From: Leucoraja erinacea
Lineage: Eukaryota
Length of the DNA: 64,000 nt
Reading direction: 5' to 3'
NCBI RefSeq assembly: GCF_028641065.1
Contig: NC_073392.1
Coordinates: 4,216,001-4,280,000, forward strand
Within the stretch, counting starts at the first letter, position 1. Every line of letters starts with the position of its first letter. The position numbers and the translations under genes are program-made. The notes under the pieces were generated by a model. The model searched no databases. It saw only the letters and a list, made by a program, of their open reading frames with translations, and had not been told where the DNA came from. Positions 12,561 to 25,168 of this stretch are shown piece by piece.

Positions 12561-13499
12561 TTGCAGCCATCCAGACTTGAAACATTCACTGTCTCTCTTT
12601 CCCTTTCCACAAACACTGCCAGATCTACTGAGCATTTTCAGGATTGTCTGCTTTTATTTCAAATTTCTAGCTTCACTAGAATATCTGATGCGCTTTTTCT
12701 TACTACAGTGTTTTCACCTGCTCTAGATATGAGGATATTTTCTAACTCTCTTATGTGCTAATATCACAGTTAGATAATAACACAGTCGCTGGCAACTTCA
12801 AATCATCAAGTTGCTTCTTGTGTCTCTCTGTGAGAAATCAGCCCACCCACAATGGTTTTGTTATCCCTATAGAAATATTTTATCAAGAAGACAATTAGAT
12901 AAGTCTTTCTATAAATTCAATTTTTAAACATAATAATAGTTCAGTTTCTACCTTAATCTTATGTGTATATTCTAATCTTGATTTGCACTTCATAAAATGT
13001 TTAATTACATATTGTGTTTTCTACATTCTGGGGGTGATTGTGAACGATTTTCTGTGTAATTGGCTGTTTCGCTATCTGATAATACTACAGTTGCTAGAAA
13101 TCCCAAATCACCAAGAACTAATGCTCAACACTGAACAATATCTCGAAAAGAGCAATCCACGTTTTATATTACTCCATTTTAACAGGCACCTTTCTTCGAG
13201 GTCAGCCCCTTGAGCCATTGCTTTGCTATATCCAGCAAATCTGCCAACAAACTGCATTTTAGTTACAAAAATAGACTGAGAAGTGCAATCAGGCTGCCTT
13301 TCTTTCATATGGTTATCCAAGATTGGTATTTGATTTTGATTTTGAAATGTGGCGCTCATAAATTTCCACGCTGATCTTAATAAGTGCCTCCAAAATCTGT
13401 TCCTTTGTGAATACGTGTGAAATTTGGCGAGAGAATGTTAGCTCTCCAATTCCCTTGCGCAAGGCCATCTGAATGAAAGGTTCAAGCTCGATAGATAGA

Positions 13500-13832
13500 T
13501 TCAGAATAGATAGGGTGAATGCACAGAGTCTTTTACCCAGGTTAAGAGAAACGAGAACCAGAGGTCATAGGTTTAAGGTCAGATGGACAAGTGTGACTAG
13601 GAACCTGAGGAGCAACCTTTCCCACTGAGAGGGTAGTGAGTGTATGGAATAAACATGCAGTGGAGGTAGTTGAGTCAGGTACTATAACAATATTTAAAAG
13701 ACTCTTCAACAGGTACATGGATAGGAGTGGTTTAAAGGGATATGGACCAAATGTGGGGAATTAGGACCAGCTTAGACGGGGTATCTTAGACTGAGTTGGC
13801 TGAAGGGCCTATTTCCTCGCTGTATGACTATC
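13500..13832 (+). mobile_element. Older CR1 LINE 3' fragment
   Basis: gatagggtgaatgcacagagtc..agaaccagaggtcataggtttaagg..gaagggcctatttcc. Confidence 0.75.
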
Positions 13833-14052
13833 ATAAGTGAGTGACTGGATCTGTTTACATATTTTCAACTCTTTAAAAGTGTACAGTGGTTTACTTGTTT
13901 TTGGTTTTCTTTCATGTTAATTCATCTTTTTATTAAACTGTGTTCATATTTTTTGAATATTTCTGAATATCAGTGACCTTCAGAAATATTTAAGGTCCTT
14001 GATGAGTTTGGACAGGAGTGTATTAAGTCATCCAGAAACCATTCATCATCAT

Positions 14053-15400
14053 CGATCTTATAGAAACATAACATTCTTAGAGGATTGGACAGGAAAAATG
14101 TTCCCGATGTTGGGGAAGTCCAGAACCAGGGGTCACAGTTTAAGAATAAGGGGTAGGCCATTTAGGACTGAGATGAGGAAAAACTTTTTCACCCAGAGTT
14201 GTGAATCTGTGGAATTCTCTTCCGCAGACGGCAGTGGAGGCCAATTCACTGGATGTTTTCAAGAGAGAGTTAGATTTAGCTCTAAGGGCTAAGGGAGTCG
14301 AGGGATATGGGTAAAAAGCTGGAACGGGGGTACTGATTTTGGATGATCAGCCATGATCATATTGAAGGGCCCAATGGCCTACTCCTGCATCTATTTTCTA
14401 TTTTTATGATCTGTCCAATTTTGGATAGCAAATTAACATTAGAATTGGTGTATATGTGCTAAATGTGATAGTCTTCAATGTGGTGGAAAAAGTACCAGAA
14501 GTTGTCATAAAATCATGAACTCAAAAATATCTTTAGCTAAACGGTGGTGAGTTCATAGCAAAAGGATTTGAGTATAGGAGCAGGGCGGTTCTACTGCAGT
14601 TGTACAGGGTCTTGGTGAGACCACACCTGGAGTATTGCGTACAGTTTTGGTCTCCAAATCTGAGGAAGGACATTATTGCCATAGAGGGAGTGCAGAGAAG
14701 GTTCACCAGATTGATTCCTGGTATGTCAGGACTGTCTTATGAAGAAAGACTGGATAGACTTGGTTTATACTCTCTAGAATTTAGGAGATTGAGAGGGGAT
14801 CTTATAGAAACTTAAGGGGTTGGACAGGCTGGATGCAGGAAGATTGCTCCTGATGTTGGGGAAGTCCAGGACAAGGGGTCACAGCTTAAGGATAAGGGGG
14901 AAATCCTTTAAAACTGAGATGAGAAGAACTTTTTTCACTCAGAGAGTGGTGAATCTCTGGAACTCTCTGCCACAGAGGGTAGTCGAGGCCAGTTCATTGG
15001 CTATATTTAAGAGGGAGTTAGATGTGGCCCTTGTGGCTAAGGGGATCAGAGGGTATGGAGAGAAGGCAGGTATGGGATACTGAGTTGGATGATCAGCCAT
15101 GATCATATTGAATGGCGGTGCAGGCTCGAAGGGCCGAATGGCCTACTCCTGCGCCTAATTTCTATGTTTCTATATGTTTCTATGAATGTGTGGCATTCAT
15201 TGCCACAGACAGCCATGGAGGCTAAGTCATTGGGTATTTTGAAAGCAGAAATTGATTGGTTCTTAATTAGCAAGGATGCCAAAGGTTACGGGGAGAAGGC
15301 AGGAGAATGGGTTAAGAGTGTAAAATAGATCGGCAATTATCGAATGGCGGAGCAGACTCAATGGGCCGAATGGCCTAATTCTGCTCCTGTATCTTCTGGT
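14053..15400 (+). mobile_element. Cluster of CR1 3' fragments (14053-14402, 14556-15183, 15184-15400)
   Basis: ORFs 14600-14815 ([13 protein letters not shown]) and 14820-15083 (RGHSLRI..FFTQRVVNLWNSLP), plus repeated 3' UTR tails. Confidence 0.9.
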
Positions 15401-15610
15401 TTTATGTATGTGCTTGAGTTTTGTTTTCTTGTGAGGAGATTGATGGAATATTTCTGAGAGCTGCATTTTAAATCATGTTGTCCTATCACATTCCCATTAT
15501 GACTACTCTAGTTCAGTAATTGACTGTAATTCATAAGTCAATAGATGCCCCTTTTTCACCGCTCTCAGTGTAACTTTGTTATGTTGTATAAGCAGTTAAA
15601 CTCCCTCTCA

Positions 15611-15810
15611 GCTATATTTAAGAGGGAGTGCTATATTTAAGAGGGAGTTAGATGTGGCCCTTGTGGTTAAGGGGATCAGGGGGTATGGAGAGAAGGCAGG
15701 TACGGGATACTGAGTTGGATGATCAGCCATGATCATATTGAATGGCGGTGCAGGCTCGAAGGGCCGAATGGCCTACTCCTGCACCTAATTTCTATGTTTC
15801 TATGTTTCTA
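15611..15810 (+). mobile_element. CR1 3' end with a 19-bp tandem duplication at its 5' junction
   Basis: gctatatttaagagggagt appears twice, followed by a 3' UTR nearly identical to 15000-15170. Confidence 0.85.
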
Positions 15811-16696
15811 ACCTCATTGAGGTCAGGAACTCACATTACAGTCAGTAGCTGATGCAAGGCTCCAAGCCTTCTTCCCCATGACTAACTATACTAATCATTG
15901 GACTGTACTGTGGCATAAAATGATCCTATTGAACCTGTATGAAGAACACCTAAATAATTTGACTTCAATTTAATTTGTGTCTTCATCAATTCCAAGTTTT
16001 GATGTACTGCATCGAATAAATCAAATATCAAGATGAAATGCTGTTAAACTCCCTCTTTCCATATCCCCCTTCCGTTCGAACCACGTGAAAATAAATCAAC
16101 CACGCTCAGTTGGAGTGATCAGATCTCTCTGATTGCCTCGTGTGATGTACGAGATGAGTCATTGACATTCTGGTCATATTTCATTTCATGACAGATTAGT
16201 CTCCCTCCGAACCCACTTGAAAATCACCTTCTCATTTGCCTTTGCCAAAGTTTGCGAAAATATTTGGTGCACAGTGGCTGAAAGACATCGGTGTACAGCG
16301 AATGTCAGCAAAGCAGCAGCTAGCAGGTATGAAGGGTTTCCCACCATGAGAAACAGAATTTAAAGGATGTGAATGCCACCACCTAATTGTATGTCTATAT
16401 AAACTGACAGAATAAATTGCACTCTTGAGCCTAATTCTTAGTTTTAGCACCATTTTACCTTGATAACTCTGTTTCCGATTCTGCATTCTAATGGTCTGTG
16501 CTGCCAAGAAGGGCAATCTTAATGATTAAAATAACCATTAACAAAACGGTTTTGTAATTAGCTTTATGTTTTATAGTCCCTGCGTGCACATGATCGATAG
16601 GACGGTTTATTCATTAACAAACTATTTAACAAGGCTGAACATGATAAAAAGGTCCTAATCAGGTAAAGCCTACTTAAAGTCACATAAACAATAGAC

Positions 16697-16877
16697 CAGT
16701 GGTTCTTAACCTTTTTGGCATACGCAAACACAATACTGTATGTGGTATGTTCCTTTGTTAGGCTCCTAAACATGGGCTCAACAAATGGATATGTTATTTA
16801 TGACCCCTTCATGTCCCACAGTAAAGCCCCAAACGACCCCCCCATGGGGGTCCCCACCCCCAGATTAACAACCATTG
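16697..16877. mobile_element. hAT (Charlie-like) MITE, 181 bp
   Basis: TIRs cagtggttcttaacc and gattaacaaccattg. The 8-bp flanks caatagac are identical (16689-16696, 16878-16885). Confidence 0.85.
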
Positions 16878-17252
16878 CAATAGACAATAGGTGCAGAAGA
16901 AGGCCATTCGGCCCTTTGAGCCAACACCACCATTCACTGTCGGGAGGGGGGGGCAGGGTTTTGGCCCAAAACGTTACCTATTTCCTTCGCTCCATACATG
17001 CTGCTGCACCCGCTGAGTTTCTCCAGCACTTTTGTCTATCTCCGCCACTGTGATCACGGCTGATCATCCACAATCTGTACCCCATTTCTGCCTTCTCCCC
17101 ATACCCCTTGACTCCACTATCTTTAAGAGCTCTATCTAACTCTCTCTTGAAAGCATCCGGAGAATTGGCCTCCTCTGCCTTCAGAGGCAGAGAATTCCAC
17201 AGATTCACAACTCTCTGGGTAAAAATGTTTTTCCTCATCTCCGTTCTAAATG
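16878..17252 (-). mobile_element. CR1 3' fragment interrupted by a PLE arm (about 16956-17040)
   Basis: ORF 16978-17271 FTQRVVNLWNSLP..FKRELDRAL and a (caataga)n tail. Confidence 0.8.
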
Positions 17253-17652
17253 ACAATGAATCTTTGCCCAATAATATATTTTTCAGTAACCTTCAAGCAT
17301 CTGGTCAGAAGAACACCATTCAGTTGAAAGTGCTGATTTAATAGAGTATGAAGTACTGCACTACTTTTCCCTTCCATAAATCATCGACTGGCTGAGAGGG
17401 CAAGTGTGTGATCTGCTCTCCAGCATAACCATTGGCAGAAAACCAGACACAGCTCCTTCCTTCACTTGGAAAAATTAATACATTACCGCTTGCTGTTTTG
17501 CCTGAATGGATATTTATTTTATTTTATTCACCTCTAATGAAAATTCCTTTTGAATGCCATTACAAACGATGTATTATCCATCTGGACTGGGTGCGATGGG
17601 TTGCAATGTTACCACCTAACCCTGATAACGTTACCTCCAAAATGTTTTTGAG

Positions 17653-17966
17653 CAGCACAGTGACAAAGCTGGTCGAGCTGCTGCTTCACAACACCAGAGA
17701 CCCGGGTTCGACCCCAACCTCAGATGGTGTCTGTGTGGAGTTTGCATGTTCTCCCTGTGACCATGCAGGTTTTCCTCCCACATCCCAAAGGCGTGCGGGT
17801 TTGTAAGTTATTTGACCTCTGCATAAAAAATATCCCGAATGTGTAAGGAGTGGATGGGAAAGTGAGATCACATAGAACTAGTGAAAACGGGTGATTGATG
17901 GTGGGCATGGACTGGATGTGCAGAAGGGCCTGTTTCCATGCTGCATCTCCAAACTAAACTAAACTG
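17653..17966 (+). mobile_element. HE1-type SINE
   Basis: B box ggttcgaccc, V-SINE core and (aaact)n tail. Confidence 0.8.
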
Positions 17967-18811
17967 AATAATGCAGGGCATCAGCATGTTTCCTGTCAAG
18001 AGTCTCATAATAATTATGCATTCAACAGCTTCTTGCAAATAAAAAATCCTCTGTGACCATTTCAGTAAAAAGACAACTGACAATCTTGTTAGCGCTTCCT
18101 AATGAGAAAAAGATAAGTTTCAGTCGAGAAGGCAGTGTAAGAAGAAAGCCTTGCATATGTCTAACATCGTAGACAAAAAGTATTACCGCATGATGCTACA
18201 GAGAGGCAGTGTAATCTCCCATTTACTAGTCATCCTCCTACAACAGCCAAATGAAGAGAGTGTTCATCTGACTGAACCGACATAACACCACACTGGTGTT
18301 CAACAGCTGTCTTGATATATCAGTCAGGGTTGAACTCCTGCAATTCAATGCCAAACAATTAGAAAATCAAGATTATAAATAGAATTAGCTGGATAAACCA
18401 GCTGCGAGATCGCAAGCAGGCAACCTAACCACAGCTGCTGTTTTTCAATTCCGTATACCCACTTTACAAAAGTTCTTTATTTTAACAACAAAATGTGCTC
18501 TGAATTATTTAATGTTAAGTTGGTCAAGGCTTTCACCCTCGATTTCTGCCAGATAGTTTTGGTGGAATGATGTCACCGTCTCTGCAGTGCAGATCAGCAA
18601 ATCTGACGCGGGAATTATCACCAATGCCCGAGTTAACATTTAACAAATTTAGTTTCACCAGTTGCTGGTCCCACTGGCACTATCACTTACAGTAGCTTCA
18701 TGCTTTCAAAATTAGACCTTAACACCTTCAAAATTAGAGTTTAATCAGCTAGCTTGTTCAAAAGTTTGCCAAACTTTTTTTTCCGGAGACGACAACTGTG
18801 GTGGGCTAGAC

Positions 18812-19222
18812 CAGTGGTTCACAACCTTTTTTAGCTCATGGCCCCCTTGGGATCTTTTAATTTTCTGTGGCCCCCCCTGACATTATTAGCGGAAAAAAAG
18901 TACTTCAATATTATAATACCTTCCATAAAAATATCAGTGTCTATTAATTGCACATATATTCTCTTTTATTCTATTCCACAAACATCAAAAACATTTTGTG
19001 GATTCAATAAAACAACCATTTATAATCATACATTAAAAATATATTTCAACTACATAGATTTAAATTTATTAAAACTGAAATTTAGGAGGCAACAGGGTGG
19101 TAGCTCTGCGGCCCCCTTCATTGAACCTGTGGCCCCCTAAATCCCAACATTTTTCTGTGGCCCCCCCTGAAATTTGAGCATGGCCGCTTTGGGGTCATAT
19201 GGCCCCAGGTTGGGAATCACTG
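18812..19222. mobile_element. hAT (Charlie-like) MITE, 411 bp
   Basis: TIRs cagtggttcacaacc and ggttgggaatcactg. The 8-bp TSD is ggctagac / ggcttgac. Subterminal tggccccc motifs are repeated around an AT-rich core. Confidence 0.9.
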
Positions 19223-19254
19223 GGCTTGACTACACTGATGGCCAGTCAGTAGAT

Positions 19255-19525
19255 GCGCCGAAACAGGCCTTTAGGCCCACCGAGTCTGGGCTGACCAGCG
19301 ATCCCTGCACATTAACACTATCCTACACACAGTAGGGACAATTTGTATACATTCACCAAGCCAATTAACCTACAAACCTGCATGTCTTTGGAGTGTGGGA
19401 GGAAACTGAACATCACAGAAAAAGCCCATGCGTTCATGGGGAGAACATACAAACTCCGTTGAACCCTGGTCTCTGGCGCTGCAAGTGCTGCAAGGCAACA
19501 ACTCTATCGCTGCGACACCATGCTG
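19255..19525 (-). mobile_element. HE1-type SINE
   Basis: gaaacaggcc..cccaccgagtc..aagccaattaacctacaaacc matches the reverse complement of HE1. Confidence 0.75.
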
Positions 19526-20591
19526 CCTAGTTCTGGTTTCCAGGTTCTGGAAGGATGTTGTTAAACTGGCTGGGTCTTTTTTCTATGGAGGCCGAGATGT
19601 GACATTAAAGAGATAAATAAAAAGTGATAAATACAATCACGAGACGTATAGATAAGGTGAACAGCCACAGACTTTTTCCCAGGGTTAGGGAAGTCTAAAC
19701 TAGGATGGCATGAGTAAACTACTCTGTGGCCCCCCTGAAATTCACCTTAGAGAGAGAAAAGATTTAAAGGGGGCCTGCGGGACAATGCTTTAGATGGCGG
19801 TGGGTACGGGCGATGCAACGAGCTGCCAGAGGAGGTAGTAGAAAAATTACAACTTTTAAAATATACTTTGATGCTTCGTGAAGGTTTGGAGGAATATGGG
19901 CCAAACAGAGGCAAGTGGCATTAGCTCAGTTTGGCAAACTTGGTCTGCATGGGGCCCTGTTTGCAAGTTGTATAATTCTCTGAATTCAACTCGATGCACA
20001 GACCAGCTCCTCCACAATTCGACCCATATGTTCACTGTTTACCAGATCCCAATGTTTTTAAGTTATCCTATGAAGATCAAGCACCTTTCTCACGCCAGTG
20101 TAAATAGGAGTGGCTGTTGTGCCCGTGCCTTACAAATCCAACACGTTCAATAATCTTTTGGTGTCAGTGGCTGGGTTTGCAAATAACAATCACCATCTAC
20201 TATCTTTGCTACAATGCTGTTGAGATAAGTACAGATGTTCGTGTTGTAATTCAATAGTATCAGGTCATTTATTTTTCCATTATTGTGAAAAACGTCCATG
20301 CAGTTAATACAAATAAAGCTTAACCTCTGGGTTTAGTTCTCTGGCCAGCTTCCATCCCCTTCTTATTCTGTAGCATCAAAGGATAAGATCTTGTAACTCA
20401 TCACTATTCTCCTCAAGGTTTCAATCTTTGCAGAAATCCATTGCCCAGATGTATTCTGCAGTGTGATTTTTATCCATCCGAGATTTCTCCATCCATCCGA
20501 GATTTTTTCTTCCATCCATTCCATTCCACCTTGCTGAAGTGATCACATTCATATGTGATCACCTCAGTGACCTCACCTCTTGGGAGGTCAC

Positions 20592-21004
20592 AGAATGTGT
20601 AGGAAGGAACTGCAGATGCTGGTTCAAACCAAAGAAAGACGCAAAAAGCTTGAGTGACTCAGCGGGTCAGACAGCATCTCTGGAGATGAGGAATAGGTGA
20701 CGTTTCGGGGCGAGACCCTTTTTGGCTACTTACCCTTGGACCGTGACCCCACAGATGGAATGTGTCGGAAGGAACCGCAGATGCTGGGTTAAAACAAAGA
20801 TAGACTCTAAAAGCTGGAGTAACTCAGCAGGTAAGGCAATTTTCTGGAGAGTAGGAATAGGTGACGTTTCGGGTCGAGACCCTTCTTCAGAGACCCTGAA
20901 TGGCGGTGCAAGCTCGAAGGGCCGAATGGCCTACTCCTGCACCTAATTTCTATGTTTCTATGTTTCAGTCTGACCCGCTGAGTTACTCCAGCTTTTTGTG
21001 TCTA
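20592..21004. mobile_element. Composite PLE insertion (two antisense arms, a CR1 tail and a sense arm) bounded by a 14-bp TSD
   Basis: tcttgggaggtcac occurs at 20578-20591 and 21005-21018. Confidence 0.8.
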
Positions 21005-23172
21005 TCTTGGGAGGTCACTTGCGTTCCTGACTTTCTTGATGTCGAACGATCAGGTTTGATTAAGCACGGCCTGAACCGCAAGCTTTACTACAGTCGGCAC
21101 GATTGCTATTTATGTCCTTCTCCGCATATTTTTGCTAATATTAATGAATAACTCCTCGATGAAGTGTTCAATTGCCTCATTTATTGTTTTGAATGTGAAC
21201 CCACTCATCTGAGACCTGATGCAGGATTGTTTTTGCATTATTATCCTTGCAACAGCAGGGAAGAATATGCCAAAGTAGTAAAGCAATATCCTGGCAGATT
21301 TACTGCCAGATTTAGCACCACTGGCAGGAGCCTTTAAAAAGTCAGCCACTGAACCTGGTTACTGCTGCTGTCTTACAAGCCTATTACTCACAGTCACAAT
21401 CATTATTATCACATCGACAGCACATTTTTCAAATGGTACTTGCTTCTTAGCCAAGTTTCAATTCTTCCTGCTCCCAGCAGTATCATAAAACATGCTTTGC
21501 ATGATGCCACATGGCTGCCGATGTGACTTTATAAATCATGGCAGTAATTTCGAAAAAACTTGCCGAACATAAGTCGTTTGCCACAACCTGAGAGAAGTGA
21601 CACTGGGCAATCAATGTTCTGTTCAGCCACCCAAGACATGTGCTGCAAATTTTAAAATGAGGTGTCCTTTGTAAGTCTCGCAGGATCAACAAACGGTCCT
21701 GCATAGGTTTTATACACTGATTATATTCTGATCCGAGAATGTTAGTGGCGTAATGATTCAAAATAATGCCTGCGATAATACAAACCACAGGAGCATTGCT
21801 CATGTGGGTTACAATTCAGCAGAACCCCAACACTGAGTCCTGCTTCAGATTTGTGTCATGGATGCTTGCTAGTAACAACAGCATGTACTACAAATGTTAA
21901 TTCTATATTATTACTAAAATAATACCCTTCAAAGACACAAATGTGGAACACTGAATATGTTGGTTGATCGCAACTAGAAGGAGGTAGGAAAATAAATTAA
22001 TATGTGCATTATATGTCTTCATCATTACCAGGTATCTTGAGCTCCTAATTGCTGGAACGGGATGCCTCTCTGTTATATTAAAGAACATTTTAATTCAGAA
22101 CAGATTTGGTTGCTAGTGGGGTGCAATAAATTCCCACTTTTACCCAATCTCCACAATACCAGACATGACCAGATGCAGGCTATGTTCTTCTCAGTCGCTA
22201 CAGAATTCAATTAAGATAAATATACCCGGTGACTTCCTTTCCATTTCTCTATCACCGTGTCTTTGATCATGCGCTTGACAGCTGAACCTGACTGTCAGTT
22301 CCAGAGTTAGAACCATTGGATGATCCAACGGGAGATGTATTCTCAACCATCTCTTTAATCTTCACACCCAGTCTCCAGCTCCACCCCTCCTTCAGTACAT
22401 TCTTTGTGTCGTTACGGTGTACCGGCACCTCTCAGAGGCTCAACATCATTATTTTGTTTTCCAGCCATGTCTCACATAGGTTTATTAATCACGCGTTCTA
22501 GCACCTTTAGTGTACTGACAAAGAGCTGCCTTCCTTTCACTCAAATCCCCAAGGTTCACACACACTAGCCCGCAAAGTCTACGCAAAAATACCCAAAGAA
22601 TAAAATAATACAGAGAGACTGGCATTCGTTAGACTTAGATGCACATCTGACCTTCTGAACCCCCCACTGTAATATGTTTCAATCTCTTTTCATGACATGC
22701 AAGCGCCAGCCATCAAGCAGCACCAAGGGAGGCTGGTTGTCTTCTGGGCTTCCTTTTAGATCAATGATCTTGCACGGGAACAGATGCTGTATCCAGGCTA
22801 AAACAATGAAACCTTCCAAAGGTGCCAGTAGTGGCTTTCAAAGGCCCTTTACAGCAGGGAAAAAAAAAAAAATTTCCTTAGGAATGATTGAACAGTAAAT
22901 AACAGCAGAATCTTCTTCAGAAGCGAGTTACTCATACTGAAGTAAAGCAAAAATGAAAATGCATCTTGCATGTGCTTTTATGTGTAGCAATGCATGATGA
23001 CAGAACAAAATACGTGATGTAACGCGCCCCATTGTGAATGCCACAGGGTACAATAACCTGTAAATAAGACAGACTGAGTTGCTATTGCAAGCAGAGCAGC
23101 TTAACTGAGACCAAGAAGGAGCTGTAAGCAGACACAAGACACTGCAAATGCTGGTGTCATGGGTACATCACG

Positions 23173-24335
23173 GAGTGCTGGTGTAACTCAGCGGGTCAGG
23201 CAGCATCTTTGGAGAACATCGATAGGTGACGTTTCACAGAGTGCTGGAGTAACTCAGTGGGTCAGGCAGCATCTTTGGAGAACATGGATAGGTGACATTT
23301 CACAGAGTGCGGGAGTAACTCAGCGGGTCAGGCAGCATCTGTGGAGAACATGGATAGGTGACGTTTCACAGAGTGCTGGAGTAACTCAGCGGGTCAGGCA
23401 GCATCTGTGGAGAACATGGATAGGTGACGTTTCACAGAGTGCTGGTGTAACTCAGCGTCAGGCAGCATCTATGGAGCTAAGGAAATAGGCAACGTTTCGG
23501 GCCGAAACCCATAAGGGTTTCGGCCCGAAACGTTGCCTATTTCCAGAAGGATTTCGGCCCGAAACGTTGCCTATTTCCTTAGCTCCATAGATGCTGCTGC
23601 ACCATAACTGAGTGGGTCAGGCAGCATCTGTGGAGAACATGGATAGGTGACGTTTCACAGAGTGCTGGAGTAACTCAGCGGGTCAGGCAGCATCTGTGGA
23701 GAACATGGATAGGTGACGTTTCACAGAGTGCTGGGTAACTCAGGTCAGGCAGCATCGTTTAAGGGCCGAAACATTTCGGGCCGAAAACCCATAAGGGTTT
23801 CGGCCCGAAACGTTGCCTATTTCCAGAAGGATTTCGGCCCGAAACGTTGCCTATTTCCTTAGCTCCATAGATGCTGCTGCACCATAACTCAGCGGGTCAG
23901 GCAGCATCTGTGGAGAACATGGATAGGTGACGTTTCACAGAGTGCTGGAGTAACTCAGCGGGTCAGGCAGCATCTGTGGAGAACATGGATAGGTGACGTT
24001 TCACAGAGTGCTGGAGTAACTCAGCGGGTCAGGCAGCATCTGTGGAGACCATGGATAGGTGACGTTTCACAGAGTGCTGGAGTAACTCAGCGGGTCAGGC
24101 AGCATCTGTGGAGAACATGGATAGGTGACGTTTCACAGAGTGCTGGAGTAAACTCAGCGGGTCAGGCAGCATCTGTGGAGAACATGGATAGGTGACGTTT
24201 CACAGAGTGCTGGATCAGCGGGTCAGGCAGAACATGGATAGGTGACGTTTCACAGAGTGCTGGAGTAACTCAGCGAGTCAGGCAGCATCTGTGGAGAACA
24301 TGGATAGGTGACGTTTCACAGAGTGCTGGTGTAAT
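23173..24335. repeat. 66-bp minisatellite derived from a PLE pLTR arm, with a 280-bp higher-order duplication
   Basis: Unit agtgctggagtaactcagcgggtcaggcagcatctgtggagaacatggataggtgacgtttcacag, roughly 15 copies counting partial ones. The interrupting block recurs at 23511 and 23791. Confidence 0.95.
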
Positions 24336-24684
24336 TGACCTGCTGAGTTACTCCCACACTTTGTGTTCCATGCAAGGGATTGTAGTTAATGTTTCATGGC
24401 CATACATAGTGATAACAAAACAATTAAATTAATAATTGCAACAGCAATAACAGGTCTGTAAATAACATAATAAACTAAACTCATCAATAACATAATAAAC
24501 TAAAAGATTTCAAAAAATTAAAAAAAACAAAATGAGTGCAAATAAGCTCGAAGTCCCTAGTGCAATCAAGTCAGTTGAGATCATTGTTTAGTTGGTGTTT
24601 GTAGTATTCAAAAGCCTGATGGTTGTTGGGAAGAAGCTGTTCTTGAACCAGGAGTTATCACTGTCATACTTAGACTTCCTTTAT

Positions 24685-25168
24685 AGACATAGAAACATAG
24701 AAATTAGGTGCAGGAGTAGGCCATTCGGCCCTTCGAGCCTGCACCGCCATTCAATATGATCATGGCTGATCATCCAACTCAGTATCCCGTACCTGCCTTC
24801 TCTCCATACCCCCTGATCCCCTTAGCCACAAGGGCCACATCTAACTCCCTCTTAAATATAGCCAATGAACTGGCCTCAACTACCCTCTGTGGCAGAGAGT
24901 TCCAGAGATTCACCACTCTCTGTATGAAAAAAGTTCTTCTCATCTCGGTTTTAAAGGATTTCCGCCTTATCCTTAAGCTGTGACCCCTTGTCCTGGACTT
25001 CCCTAACATCGGGAACAATCTTCCTGCATCTAGCCTGTCCAACCCCTTAAGAATTTTGTAAGTTTCTATAAGATCCCCTCTCAATCTTCTAAATTCTAGA
25101 GAGTATAAACCAAGTCTATCCAGTCTTTCTTCATAAGACAGTCCTGACATCCCAGGAATCAGTCTGGT
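24685..25168 (-). mobile_element. Young CR1 3' fragment lying within Rex1-like remnants (about 24385-24680 and 25200-25460)
   Basis: ORF 24779-25150 is an uninterrupted CR1 ORF2 C-terminus with an (aacataga)n tail on the plus strand. Confidence 0.9.

Noticed and set aside
21110-21803. Minus-strand ORFs of 79 and 106 aa
   Set aside because: No similarity to FHIT or any family I recognise, and the lengths are compatible with chance.
23173-24335. CRISPR-like array, or a repetitive protein (ORF 23159-23488)
   Set aside because: The units are contiguous with no unique spacers and there are no cas genes. The ORF exists only because the 66-bp unit is a multiple of three.
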